The notes below the pieces were generated by a model. The model was given only the letters and a program-made list of their open reading frames with translations, was not told the origin of the DNA and ran no database searches. The translations under genes were made by a program, and so were the position numbers. From Lingula anatina (lineage: Eukaryota > Animalia > Brachiopoda): 64,000 nucleotides of DNA. Shown one piece after another: positions 51,116 to 63,627 of this stretch (its first letter is position 1; the number at the start of each line of letters is the position of its first letter). Location of the stretch: the NCBI GenBank assembly GCA_051362555.1, contig CM120644.1, forward strand, positions 18,994,534-19,058,533, read 5' to 3'.

Positions 51116-51603
51116 TGTTACAGCGCACCTTAGCTATGTGCGCTTGTATGGAATCTGGAATAGGGGAAGGGGGTATATTACAAAAAAAAACTATAAGTAA
51201 TATAGTGAACTGGAGTGACTAAACTCACTTATTATTGTGACAACTACAGTCTAACTAGCAGTGATGCACAAATGCGGCTGTCACACCCTGATCAGGGGCG
51301 TGAACAACTTCCCATAAATTTTCCACCTTTAGGACTCCTATGAAATCTTCAAAAAGCTCCTAACCTGTCTCTACTATATACACCAAGTGGTTTGATCCAG
51401 TAGGATGAGCGAAGGAATGTTGGTTGATTGAAGAATAGCTGGACAGGACATGTTGTCTCTATGGCGGTCTCTCAGTGGAGTGGATCTGAGTAAAACTATT
51501 CTTAAATTTTCTGCTATTCTCTTACTTTCTCCTAGGTGGCGCACCAACCAATTCATAGGTGACATTAGCACGCTGGCGTCCAACACACTCCACAACCACA
51601 ACA
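51116..51603 (-). mobile_element. Putative 3' LTR with PPT
   Basis: Minus strand: PPT AAAGAAAATGGGGGGAGGGGGGA immediately followed by TGTTGTGG; AATAAA at ~51229; candidate end ...TGTAACA at 51116. Confidence 0.65.
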
Positions 51604-52401
51604 TCCCCCCTCCCCCCATTTTCTTTAAATAAGATTGGGAACCTGCCCAATTTTGGATAAAAGGGGGAAATGAAATTGAATTTATGAAATTATAGGACCA
51701 GCCTATATGAAATTGGAAATGGGACCATAATTTGTGATAATGAGTATTTACAAGAAGGAGTTCCCCAAATAAAATGATGATAGGGCCAGCCCATAATTTT
51801 TGAATAAATATAAATTGGTATTGGACAAAATTTGGTTTGAAAATAAAATGCAGGGAGATCTGTATCCACTGTGCATATCTCCGGATTACCAGTTGCCTAA
51901 GTCAATCAGTTTTCCTTATTAAGTTCCTGAAAGACGTGTCCAGTAAAACTTAGACACAGCCACACAGCAAGGATCACGGGTCAGGGGGTCTCAGTCATAA
52001 TCACAAAACTGGTCTTCAAAAATAGCAGTACAGCAAAAATCAAAGTATATGGATATGAAAAATTAAGGTCTTATATGGGATATTTTTTCCAGATGACTTT
52101 GCTTGTTAACTGAAATAAACCATTTTCAAAAATAAAGTATGGGATGATTTTCCATTGTCAAGAATGAAATACAAGATAACTTTTCTTGTTGAGTATATGA
52201 ACATTTTGTACAAACTATGTACATGAAAAATATATAATGCAAATAAAATAACTGTGCAATATGTTATAGTAGTGCATTTTTTTTTTTCATTTTTTTTTTT
52301 TTTTTTTTGTTTTTTTTTTTCTTTTTCAATAAACAGAAAATTAAAGGCTGTACTTAATTTGATAAAGATAATAATGGGCCAGTTTACTCTTTTTGGTATA
52401 A

Positions 52402-53350
52402 TTAAATACTGTTGGTGACTGTAACAAGTATATGCCTAACCTTGACACACCTAGCCTCTGCTATAATTTCTGCTGTCTCAAACAACAAATATGGTGTGGA
52501 AGCCCTGATGTTTTGGGCATCGAAATATGGTGTGTCTGATTCCAAGAGTAATTTACACTCCAAGACAGCTTTGACCGCCTCCAACTGGAATTTGTTGAAG
52601 GTTTTAACCAGCCTGGTGAAGCCATAGTATATATATTGTTATAAACACGCAGCCACATCTCCATGAGCTGCTTAATTGTTTCCTGTAAAACAGTGGATAT
52701 GGATGGGCAGATGCTCTGGGATGTTATTCTGTTGTAGGATTGGTAACAGATGCCTGATGGCATACACATAGTTACCACCTTGCTGTCAATTACTGAGGGC
52801 AATAAATCATTGAAGAGATCTTCCTGATCCTGCCAGACATGGGAGGACTGTAAAAAATTAAGACCAACCTCTCCGATGGCGGTGACATGGGGATCTTGAA
52901 CCATCGTCCTGAAGGCTATGAGATTTTGCTCCCACAAAGCAGGGATTTGGCCTTTTTCGGTTGAAAGCCTATAGCTACGTACATGTTCTCTGGCTTATTT
53001 AACAAGGCACTCCGAGTCGGATACCTCTCCGGATCACAATATACCGCTACTGAGCCCACCATATTAACCTCCTTGCCCTATGGCACAGGAACTTTTTCCC
53101 GCAGATTCTCCAGGGTTCCATTGGACGGCAGATTATAAGCTTGAAGAGTCTTGTCCAAGTGGAAATAGCTATGGAAAGCCTGGACTCCGACTCCCATCAC
53201 TACATCTGCAACTGTTGTCCGTTGGATACCTGCAGGCACCTTGAAATTGGATACCTGCAGGCACCTTGAAATTGGATACCTGCAGGCACCTTGAAATTGT
53301 TCAGCCAAATCCCATTGGGCTAGATTCATGCATGAAGCTAACTTCAGCAC
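52402..53350 (-). pseudogene. tatD: TatD-family DNase remnant
   Basis: FHSYFHLDK; AVYCDP; AIGFQPK; AIGEVGLNF; IHIHCFTG; LLLESDTPYF; STP motif. Frameshifted; 25-bp x3 tandem repeat at 53224-53298. Confidence 0.85.
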
Positions 53351-53399
53351 AGCTCGCCAATAAAATATTTACTATTTATAGACTGACCTTTTCTTTTCT

Positions 53400-53963
53400 G
53401 AGACATCATGGCTGCCTCACGGACTTGGAGACCCTTATCCTCCTGTACTCCTCTTTCTTTTCGTTCTGTCTCTGGCTGTCCTCTGCAGCTGCATTCTCTT
53501 CAAGAACATCAGTCAGTTCTTGAAGCAGATGCTCTCTTTCCCCAACTTCCTCAGCTGTTCCTGACCTACAAAAAAATGAGGTAAAATCAATGTGCATCTA
53601 AAGCCTTACTATGCAGTTGTTAAGGAAAACTAATTTTACTGGCAAATGAGGTATACATAAAAGTCTTGGATACAAGAACCTATTAATTTATTTTTGCTGA
53701 CATTAATTACAAAACTATATATTTATATATGTATACTCACGCCTTTAAGGACTCTACAGTTTTCTGGCTGAAGGCAAGTTTTAAGGCCCTAATTCGTGCT
53801 TCGCAACTTTTTATGCTGAAACTGCCTTCTGTATAAGAAAAACTGTTGAGGTTGGTGACCACCTCCTCACATTTGCCCCCCCCCCTTCTTCAAATGGGTT
53901 AAGGGTGATGATCTCCCTCAATAGCATCAAATCGTCCTTCACAGTGAACCTCTTTTGAGACAT
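53400..53963 (-). pseudogene. Harbinger-type Myb/SANT DNA-binding protein, 2 exons
   Basis: MSQKRFTVKDDLMLLREIITLNPFE..., a GTGAGT..TTTGTAG intron, then SGTAEEVGEREHLLQEL. Confidence 0.75.
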
Positions 53964-54794
53964 GTTGGTTAACTATAAAAAAGGAAACAAAATTATTATT
54001 TCATTTCATGCACGTACATATAACTAAAAAACATTGCTTATCTCAAGAAAATAGCAAGCAAGTTACAGAGGAGCATATGCTAGGTTATGCCTCGCCTTTC
54101 TACCACAAATATAATAACAATTTACAGTCCTGTAGCCATCTATTTCCAAGGGGCAATTTCTTTTTTTTATGACATTTTACCGGCAAAAATGGCAGTTAGT
54201 AAGAACCCCCTTATCAACTCCCGACTATGTGCCTGATAAACCAAAACTAGTGACTCCTCTCTCTTTAAAAGCCGGAATTTGCATGAAGGTACACTTGTAC
54301 TATTGTAAAAAAAGTATATATGGCATATAAATTAGCAAACATTACCTTAAATAACTATTTATAATAATCTTCCACACTGGCTAGATAGGAGCGCTTGTAT
54401 TCCGCAGACTATATAGGACGATGGTATATATATAATGAACTCGTTGAACATCACTAACTGATGACATATTAATCTAGCCAGCGTATCTAGCCTGAAGATG
54501 AAGGGAGTGGGAGCTAGGTCTCCTGTGAAGAGAGGATCAGTCAAAGTTTGAAAATTTTGGTCTCCATTTTTGGCTGCCATGGCCATTTTCTCTAAATTCA
54601 AATTCATCTTTTGATCTCTGGCAAAAGGGTTTTGGCAAAATCGTGCTCAAACAATTGGAATGGTGGGATGCTGACATTTAATGTTTTTTCAAAAGTTGAA
54701 TGACCTAGAATATAATGAAAATAGTCTTCATCAAAGAAGTATTGTAGAAGTGCCAAATTAATTGGATGGGCTCTTGTGATTGAGTCATTATAGT

Positions 54795-57425
54795 CCCAGA
54801 TAGCATGCAAACGTTGGCCCAACGTTGGCCCAACGTTGCCTTGGTTGACCATGCATACGTTGGCCCAACGTTGGGTTTCCATCTAAGTGCTCACTTTGGC
54901 CAACGGTTGGCTGAACGTATTTGGCCAACGTTGGCCCAACGTTGGTCAATTTCAATGCTAACGCATTGCCAACATATTCCCAACCAAACTACGTTGGCCC
55001 TACATTGGGCCAACTAATATTCAACGTTGGCCCAACAATTACCCAACCTGTAACCAACAGTGTATTTACGTTGGTTCTACTAATAACCAACATCGGTCCA
55101 ACGATTACCCAACCTCAAACCAACATTGCTTTAACATTGGGCCAACGGTAGGCCAACTGGTCACCGAGGTTTCTGCAATTTGCACAACGATTAATGACCC
55201 AACCTAAAACCAGGGGCACAGTGATTTACATCATTGAACCAAAGGCAAAATAATTTTATCCAGAATCACATACGTAGTAGAGCACTGTAATAACATGTCT
55301 GATGCACAGGCAGATCAATGTCCTGATGAAATATCTTAAGCATCTGAAATCTACAGACTGCAAGGCATAACTGAAAAATTAGCAAGCTAATTAATGGATG
55401 AATTCTTCAGAGGACTTGATCTGCCTGTGTTGCGGTAGAAACAAAAAGATTAGTGATATATTTTAAACTGTTTAATTAATTCATAACATTACACTGAACA
55501 ATACCTTCAACCAACTAAATAATGTGATGGGAATGGGAAAATAGTACAAAAAGACATCTCAAAGAAACTTTTTATAAAAATATTATAATATTAAATTTAA
55601 ACAATCATAAATGTATTTTATATGAATTGTTTAATGATTAATGTCAAGAAAATTATTACCAGTCCTGTGAAAGAACTTCCCACCTTATTCCTGGAGTCAA
55701 GGCAGTTTTTTTTTTTCACTATTATAGTGTTTTTCACCCAATCCAAGATTCACGATTATTTCAATTTAAAAAAAATCTTCATTAAATTAAATTTAAATCC
55801 AGAAACCATTGATTATATATCAGGTAAGGTGTTTAAAATTCAAAAGAACTGTCATTAAGTAGATAAGTTACTAGTAAGTCTATAAAATCACATAAAGTCT
55901 CTTCCTTCAGGCAAAATCTCAGACATTGTCTCTTCAAATAAAATCAGTGGTCATATGAATGCAATCTTCATTTTTTCTCTCTCGATCTTTCCTGTCCTGC
56001 GCCTGCATGATCTTTGGCAAAGCACGATTAGTTAGGTGTATCTTCAACATCTTTTTCTGAACAGTCACAGAAGAGTGTGCTGCATCTACAAATTTAAATA
56101 TTAAAAATTTAACTTGAAATATAATGCTGGAATTATTATGCATATGCATCATATGCATAACATTTTTACATGCTTAACTATACCACTTTCCACATCACTG
56201 TGTTCATATACATACTAGTAGTTGTGTATTATAATATAATATGATAATCTCCCCATGTTCTCTAAGTTAGGCAAAAGCTAATATCTTTAACTTTTACAAG
56301 TGAGTGTCTGTGTGTGCAGTAATTCATAGCAAAATTACTAGTAGTTCTTCCATGTACACTTGACCATGGATTCAGTTTTAAAGGGTTCAAAATCCCATAC
56401 AACTGTACTGTACAACTGAATACTATATTATTTAGTACAACCAACAACTCTATCACAGAATTCACTGGCAAGGATTCATACAGACACATAAGAACAATTG
56501 GCTTTGAAGGACCATTAAGGCTCTAATTCAAGTAATTTTCAGGGAAAGGTATTATCCCCATCTGTGAATTATTGTCTGTATGTATGTCAAGCTTGAAGTA
56601 ATATTTTACCAAGGGCAAAAATGGTGAAATACAAACCCTTTTCAAACCTAATAGCAATGCAAGTACTTTTCAAAGTCACAAACAAAAATCAAAGTGCTGG
56701 ACTAAATTTGAATACTGTTCAAGGCTGTATGGATCCTGGTGCATCAGTAAATTATATGGAGAAATACAAAATTGAAAGACACTTACATGCTCACTTCTTA
56801 TCCTGTCTCTTTATCTCTTCATTTTCTTTCTAGTTTCCAAAAGATGTATTCTTTTTTAATCCAGAAATCCATGTTTTCAGTCTCTTCCTTATAGAACATT
56901 CTTGACCCTCTGGCTTAGATGTTTGAAATGGCTTAACCGTTGCGCGCTTAAACTGACCTGATTGAGCATGCTGTAGGCAAACAGTTTATATCAAACTGAC
57001 AGTTAAGATAAATTAAAGCAGAAAACTGATTTTAACTCAAGGAATTTAAACTCATAATGAAAAAAAAATTAAGAAAAAATTATATATGTTTCTTTTAAGC
57101 CTAATAACTCTATGTATATGATCAAAAGATAAGTATATGTGCTTCTCAGTTGTGAACAGAAACACTTTCAAATTAATTATTGGGTTTTTAATTGCATACG
57201 TTGACTACGTTGGCCCAACATTGGCACAACGTGTGCATATTGCAGTTACGTTATATATTTCATAAAATGATGTGGTTGGGCCAACGTGTACATATTGCAG
57301 TTACATTATGCATAAAATGATGTAGTTGGGCCAACGTTGGGCCAACGTAATACTGCCAACGCCAACTATGTGCCAACAAACCAACCATTCCCCTACGTTG
57401 GCCCAACGTATGCATGCTATCTGGG
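54795..57425. mobile_element. Non-autonomous EnSpm/CACTA-like element
   Basis: TIR CCCAGATAGCATGCA, 2-bp TSD GT, and many subterminal acgttggcccaacg repeats at both ends. Confidence 0.9.
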
Positions 57426-58150
57426 GTGACAGTTCTGGAGTCTGGGTGAGAGATATAGATAATCTGTGGTAACTGAACACTGACATGGTACGTACATTCA
57501 TGATGCAGAACTGACAACCTTGTATTAGGAATGTTTTTCTGTTTGGGCAATGAAATACCATTTTGCTAACATTTGAAACCAAAATTTTACCTTGTTCCAA
57601 CTCTCGAATTTCCTGTTTGCTTGCATTATGTACAAATTGGAAGTTACATAATGTTTTGACTTGCTTGTTAAGTCTCAAAAATAGTGACATAATGCATGAT
57701 TTCTGTGAAATAGGGGTGAGGGTTTTAGAAATAGGGCAAACTTTTAGGGTGGACCCATAACAGTTTTCATACTCTTCCCATGACATCTCCGTAGAGTACT
57801 GCCTATCCATGGTCACGACTAATAAATTTAGGGTATTAAAAAAATGAGTTGCATGTGATGTTGAATCATTTAATGGGACTGGAAAATTGGAAACTTTATA
57901 AATCTGGAATTTGCTTTTTAATGGAGTGAGGGTACCTTAATTGATTGTAACAAAAATAGTGTTATTGATTCTGGATGTCGCGAGCTTGGCTTGTGAAAAG
58001 TAAAAGCTGGGTTGAGTGATTGCAATCACTGATTGCAAAGTCTGTGTTATCTGTTTTTAAATGTTTTTGGATCATTTCTGGCATTGTTTTGATCATGTCT
58101 ACCGAAACTATGTCTGGGGATAATTTATTTGTGAGTTCTGTTATGCCCTG

Positions 58151-58318
58151 CAGGCCCGTAGCCAGCAATTTGAAAGGGGGGGTTCTTTTTCTGAAAAAGT
58201 GGACCTTTTACCATATAATCCCCATGTACCTAGGTCAAATTTTACCCAGAGTGGACCTTTTTCCAGCAAAAAGGGGGGTTCTTTCGAACCCCCCGAACCC
58301 CCCCTGGCTACGGGCCTG
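58151..58318. mobile_element. hAT-like MITE with 5-bp TSD CCCTG
   Basis: TIR CAGGCCCGTAGCCAG; removing it restores the env frame (..DTFTQG|ITEL..). Confidence 0.9.
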
Positions 58319-60023
58319 CCCTGGGTGAAAGTGTCTAAATTCCTGGGGATTTCAGTGGCTAAGTGTGTTTGATGCTGGGTTTTCGCTAGAATGTTTATGA
58401 TCAATTTAGTCTGTTCTTGTATGGTATCAATGTTGTTGTGTAGCTGTGTTAGTTCCATGTGATTTTATCTGATGGCCAAGATGGTGTTACTGACTCTTGT
58501 GTTAACTGCTTGAAAAAATGAACCTAACTTTTGTGTTTGCCTGTAAAATGCAGTTGTTGTAATTGTTTCTTTTCTGCAGTGCGTTTAAGTGGTCAATAAC
58601 CTTGTTTACGTCTTCTGTGGCTGTCCCAAACAATGAATGTGACAAATGTCCAACAAACAGTAGCAGCGATCTTTTCTCTCTGGAGTTACCGTGCTCTTCT
58701 GCCAGAGCTTTGACAGAGTTTGACCTTCAAGAGTCTGTCCTTGGCTTGTTTGTGCATTTGGAATATCTGACGTTCTGCTGACTTCACAGCGAGATATTGC
58801 GGGTACTTCTGTGTTGCAAACGGATCAATTTCCAATTTCTTCCTTGAGGGGTTGTGGTAAGGGGACTTCAAACGTGTGGAGCCAGTAATCTTTTGATGTC
58901 CATGCGAGTGCTACTTCCTTGAACTGGACTCCATAATTAACTTGGGTTAATGTGGAGATAGCTGATGCTGGATGGAGTAGCATTATTATAAGAGTGCACA
59001 TGATAATGAGGCTTCCTGGGAAAAGAATGATTTAGCCATTACCTTTTATTGCTTTTTGAGTTCTAATTGATTTGCTATAGCATTTAATCTAGGGTATCTC
59101 ACCGGCAATGGAAACTCTCTAATGTACAAGTGCACCCACAGAGTTGGCTGGCTTTAGGGTTACTTGCAGGGGCAGAGTGATGCCAAGATCTTGACAGAAG
59201 GCTTGCATGGCTTGCCGTTGGGCTTCGCCAATCCCCCTGATTTTTTGTCGCCTGATGTGGATATAAAATCAGATAGGCTTTTTAGGGGTTTATTAATACC
59301 AAAAATGAGCGAGATGTTTTTTTTTTTTCCGGATTGGGATTTCTCTCCCGTACTTACAAATTCAGAAAAGGGGTTCTTTCCAGTTTGGGATACTTGCACA
59401 ACTGAATGTGCTTTCTCACCCGTACTAGGAAAAGAAGGGAAGGAGAGGCTCATAAGGGATGGGATTGGCCTTTGATCTTGCTTTCTGCTTTGGGATATCT
59501 GCCCAATTGAATGGGTTTTCTCTCCCGTACTAACAAAGACAGAAGCAGAAGAGGAGGTGGTAAGTTTGCGGCAATGCGCACCAAAGCTGCCCGTCTACTA
59601 CCCTCCATGGAAAATACAAGGGACTTTTCCGAAGCAGACCGAAGAATTGCAAGACTCCCAAGAATAGACCTCCCCCTCCAGGACGTCCACCTCCATGGCC
59701 TCTGTTGATGTTGAAGGAACTGGTGTGGAAGTCCCCCCTCCCCCAGACACCACAAAAGAGGTTTGGGTAATTGTGGGGTCAGTTTCCAACCTTATATCCC
59801 TGACTGGTCCCGAGAAAACACTTGGCTCCCCAATATGTTTGGGTCTCACTGGCTTCTTGGATTTCCCAGTCTTAGAATAAGTTGGGAGTTATTTTTTTCC
59901 ACCCAGTTTTTATTGGAAATCCCCTTGGAGAGTACTTCAGACGCTAAGTTGTGCAGCCACGAGTAGTACTCACCCTACTTATTCTCTTTGGCCATTTGGA
60001 TTTTACATAAGTCCACAACGTCT

Positions 60024-60429
60024 TGTACTAAGTTCTTAGATATACCGTGGGTATAATCTAGTCGCTAAGGGCTCTAATCCACCGTTGAAAGATTCTAGGT
60101 TCAGTATGCTATTCCCGACTTGGGTTATGCCCAGAGAGAAGAGTAACGCAACACCACTGTTTGGTTACAAAAATCAAAACTCATTTATTGCCAGGTCGCA
60201 GCCTGATTTTATACCTAAATTTGCATGACAGACTTTATTGAATATCTTTATTGAAACTTTATAATTAAAGGAGATGAGATATGAAAAGAGATTAACTTTA
60301 GATATGAGCTATAAACTTTAAAGGACATGACATATGAACAGGGATTATAAGAGCTATAAACTTTGACACGTATTACGAGTCGTGCGCTCAAGCCCGCGAC
60401 TCAGGTTGAATAAATTACTAGTCTGAACA
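60024..60429 (-). mobile_element. Solo Gypsy LTR (related to 32481-32782)
   Basis: TGTAC...GAACA termini, 4-bp TSD GTCT, and the shared agtaacgcaacaccactgtt..aaaatcaaaactcattt block. Confidence 0.9.
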
Positions 60430-60635
60430 GTCTTATACTGACTGTTGGATCTTGTCAATATCCCCAGGCAGAGCTTCTACCAGATCACAGACAAATTTCC
60501 CGGGCTGGATGACTGGAAACACACAGTATTTTATCTATGTAGCCAGTTCATACACAACTGTATTTTTGGACTTGGGGGGGGGGGGGGGGGGGTTTGCTGC
60601 TGGGCCATCTGAAATGATAAATGAACACACATGTT

Positions 60636-60851
60636 TTAGGTTATATGTTGTTCAGCTTTCTTGCAACGAGGACATTTATACTTATCAATATCCCAGGCAT
60701 CAGTCACTGTGATATTAACACAGGACCCATGATACCATTCATCACAGAAATCACACTGAATCATGAACCTTCCACCATATGGTTCTCTACAAACACAACA
60801 TAAAGTGGTGACAGTAGTATCATTAGGAAGTAAATGGCTACAAATATACAA
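60636..60851 (-). pseudogene. PHD finger fragment
   Basis: LCCVCREPYGGRFMIQCDFCDEWYHGSCV..DIDKYKCPRC. Confidence 0.8.
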
Positions 60852-61974
60852 AGAATCAATACTTACTGGTTGTAGCTAAAACTGTTTCTTTTCCCTCTGA
60901 AATCTTGAAATCCATATGAAACAAGCACACCTTGTTGGATTTTCTCATTTGCAGTTAATTCTGAAGTCTTCATTCCAGAAATGGTTTTATCATCCCATTC
61001 AATGACTGCATAGGCATCTGAAAGCACAAACGACATCTGTGTATTAAACTTTGTAACCAAAATTACAATATTGTATGATATTCACAGCGCAATCACTGTT
61101 CCTCAAGATATACCATTAGGTCCATGTGAAAAAATATAGAGAAAAAAAAATTACAGATTAAGAATTTAATGTTATAAACAGTACATCGACATAGATAGCC
61201 GTTCACCTTACAGTTGTATTACATGCCTTCTGACACACCGCAAAGGGTGATTAAGTGTTAATGGGTGACGGTAATGTCACAATATCCGGAATGCACCAGT
61301 GGTGTGGAATTTTATGAGATTACTCATATCTGCATAGTTAAAATAAAAAAAACACTCATGTTCCTTTAGTCAGGCCAAGCCAGAGACATATCGGTCTAAT
61401 AGCCAAGGCACTACAACGAAAAAGAAGTGGAATTAAGTGCTGCTCTATAAATTAAAATTTTGAATTTAAAAATTATAAACATATGATAAATATATACACT
61501 ATTTATACATGCCCAACCAGTAAGAAAGCGTTTGAACAGATCTGCACTTATGACGTCCCTTCACCAGATGCTGTTATGAAGTTGACAATGAAGCTGCGAA
61601 AAATATAGCAGCGTTTTCCATTACAGAATCTGATGATGTTGAGACAGGAGTGTAAATCTATTTAATCGTCCCCTTTTTTGTAAAGCAGTAAACTGTAAAC
61701 TACACTAAATATATAAAAATAATATATAAATAAATGTAAAATAAAATACTGGTTTGAAACATATTTACATGTAAATGAAACATAATATAATACATATATA
61801 CAATGATGGTGTATAAAAATAAATACAAAGTAAACTATAGACAAAGTAAATACCTGTAAATATAAAATTAATCTATATAAAATTACAGCTATTTACATAA
61901 AAATAACACATTAAAAATATTGTACATATTTACAAAGTCAAAGCCTAAAAATACCTGGACAGACATGGCAGTAA

Positions 61975-63270
61975 CTAAATAACCTGTGGCTCTGCCTTCA
62001 ACATGAATTACTTCGGGCAATACCTTCTGAATGTGGTTAATATACTTAACACACTTAGCCTGATCCACAGTGGTCCAGAATTCTTCAATGGCAACCACAA
62101 GTTGATCTTTCGTTCTTGGTTCCACCCGGTTTCTGATAAATTACTTTAGTTCAGCCCAAAGCATCTCGATAGGGTTCAGATCAGGGCTCTCGGGGGGCGT
62201 CTTGAACCAGTTGATGTTGTGCGGCTCAAAGAACGTGGCCGTCAACCTGCTGATATGCATGGGCGCATTATCCTGCTAGAACCTGTGTCCCAGAGGAAAC
62301 CTAGCTGTAGTTAAATCAGAAGAGATACGGAAGTGTTACTATTTTCAGAACTTTCAGCTGATGGACAAAGATAAGCAATGCATACTCTAAATTGATACTG
62401 ACTTTTTTTTAAATTTTAATTGCTGATTTCCGCTTACCTTTTTTGCAGAAACGGAATCAGAGTGTCCCGAAGAATGTCCTGGTACGCCTCACTGTTCATC
62501 GTGTCAGTAAACATAATGATGGGAGTTGCCCCTCTTTGCAAATGCCTGAAATAGATAATATCAGTCCATTAGTTTACATGAACATGCGCTTTTATTTTAA
62601 AAGCCTAGTCATAATCTTGGCGAATTAGTTTTCAGAACCGGAGTGTTAAATTACACTTGTTAAATTTTGATTTATTACATTTCAACAAGCAAAGTTAACC
62701 CTTTTTTATCACAACAGTATTAAACATTTCACTGTAGTGTCTCACCTGCCCATACATGAACCTTGTAGGGGAGCTTCGGTTTGCTGCGCAGTGGGCGGGC
62801 GGACTTATGTCGTTGCCGTCTTTATCCCTGATGACTTTCCGAAAAATTTATCGACCATTCGTGTCCATCTCCACGGTACACTCATCTGAAGTGAATGCGC
62901 AAATAAGATAAATAAGACACATTTTGAAATTCAAAAGGCAAATTCAAGAAAAGAAATAATGTTTGTATACCTTTTTAACAACGGTGCTAATATATATACA
63001 TGTAGTTTTACAGAGTGAGCGGAATATCCGGTAATAGATCTTAAACAACAATACATGTACATGTTGGTTTTTTAATGCAGATCTGTGGGTTGTGGCTTAC
63101 CAGAAAACACAACGTCCTCAAACTTGTCCTCTACTGCCAGGGCCTCCTGGCACCAGTTCACTCTTTTCGGACGGTTCACAATGCTAACAAGCTGGCAGTA
63201 GCCCTTCGCACTTTTCACCCAGCCAACCTTCTTCCTTAATCTCCGCACAGCACTGGATGACACAATCAGA
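61975..63270 (-). pseudogene. Intron-containing Tc1-like DD34E transposase
   Basis: Exons ~63270-63101, 62888-62747, 62546-62418 and 62300-61978 with GT..AG boundaries. Motifs VVFS|DEC, KVHVW, QDNAPMH, WFKTPPESPDLNPIEMLW; 34 residues between D and E; in-frame stops. Confidence 0.9.
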
Positions 63271-63597
63271 TCTGTTAAAACGAACGAAAAAGAGCGGTAT
63301 ATATATATGAACATTCAGTCAATAATTTATTATTTCTTCACTGTATGAAAAAATCATTTTGACAAATTACAGTGTATGTTAACCACTATGTGCCAGATGC
63401 TTTCTCTTGTTTAGCTCAATGAGGAGTAGATTTCCTAACATTTCCTCCATTTGATGCGCGATGATCGCCACGGTCATATTTCGATGTGCATCATTTTAAA
63501 TACATCTTTAATGGTATTATTACATAATTATTACCTGCACCTTAGTAACTTTTTTTTGGTATCAAATAACAATTTAGCTATGCTTTTTTCCATCTTC

Positions 63598-63627
63598 ATT
63601 AGATTAGATTAGATTAGATTAGATTAG
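63598..63627. repeat. (ATTAG)6 microsatellite
   Basis: Direct reading of the sequence. Confidence 0.9.

Larger units (their letters stand above)
54359..59001 (-). pseudogene. env: Gypsy-type envelope (class I fusion, F-like) gene, interrupted by two DNA elements
   Basis: Signal peptide MCTLIIMLLHPASA; VNYGVQF..YWLHTFEVPLP; furin site REKR followed by fusion peptide SLLLFVGHLSHSLFGTAT; heptad region; Cys-rich region; HPINLALLQYFF; hydrophobic C-terminus. Confidence 0.85.

Noticed and set aside
54805-55151. ORFs with repeated VGPTL/LAQRW
   Set aside because: Translations of the EnSpm subterminal repeats.
60024-60429. 5' LTR of the env-bearing element
   Set aside because: It has its own GTCT TSD on both sides and no PBS, so it is an independent solo LTR.
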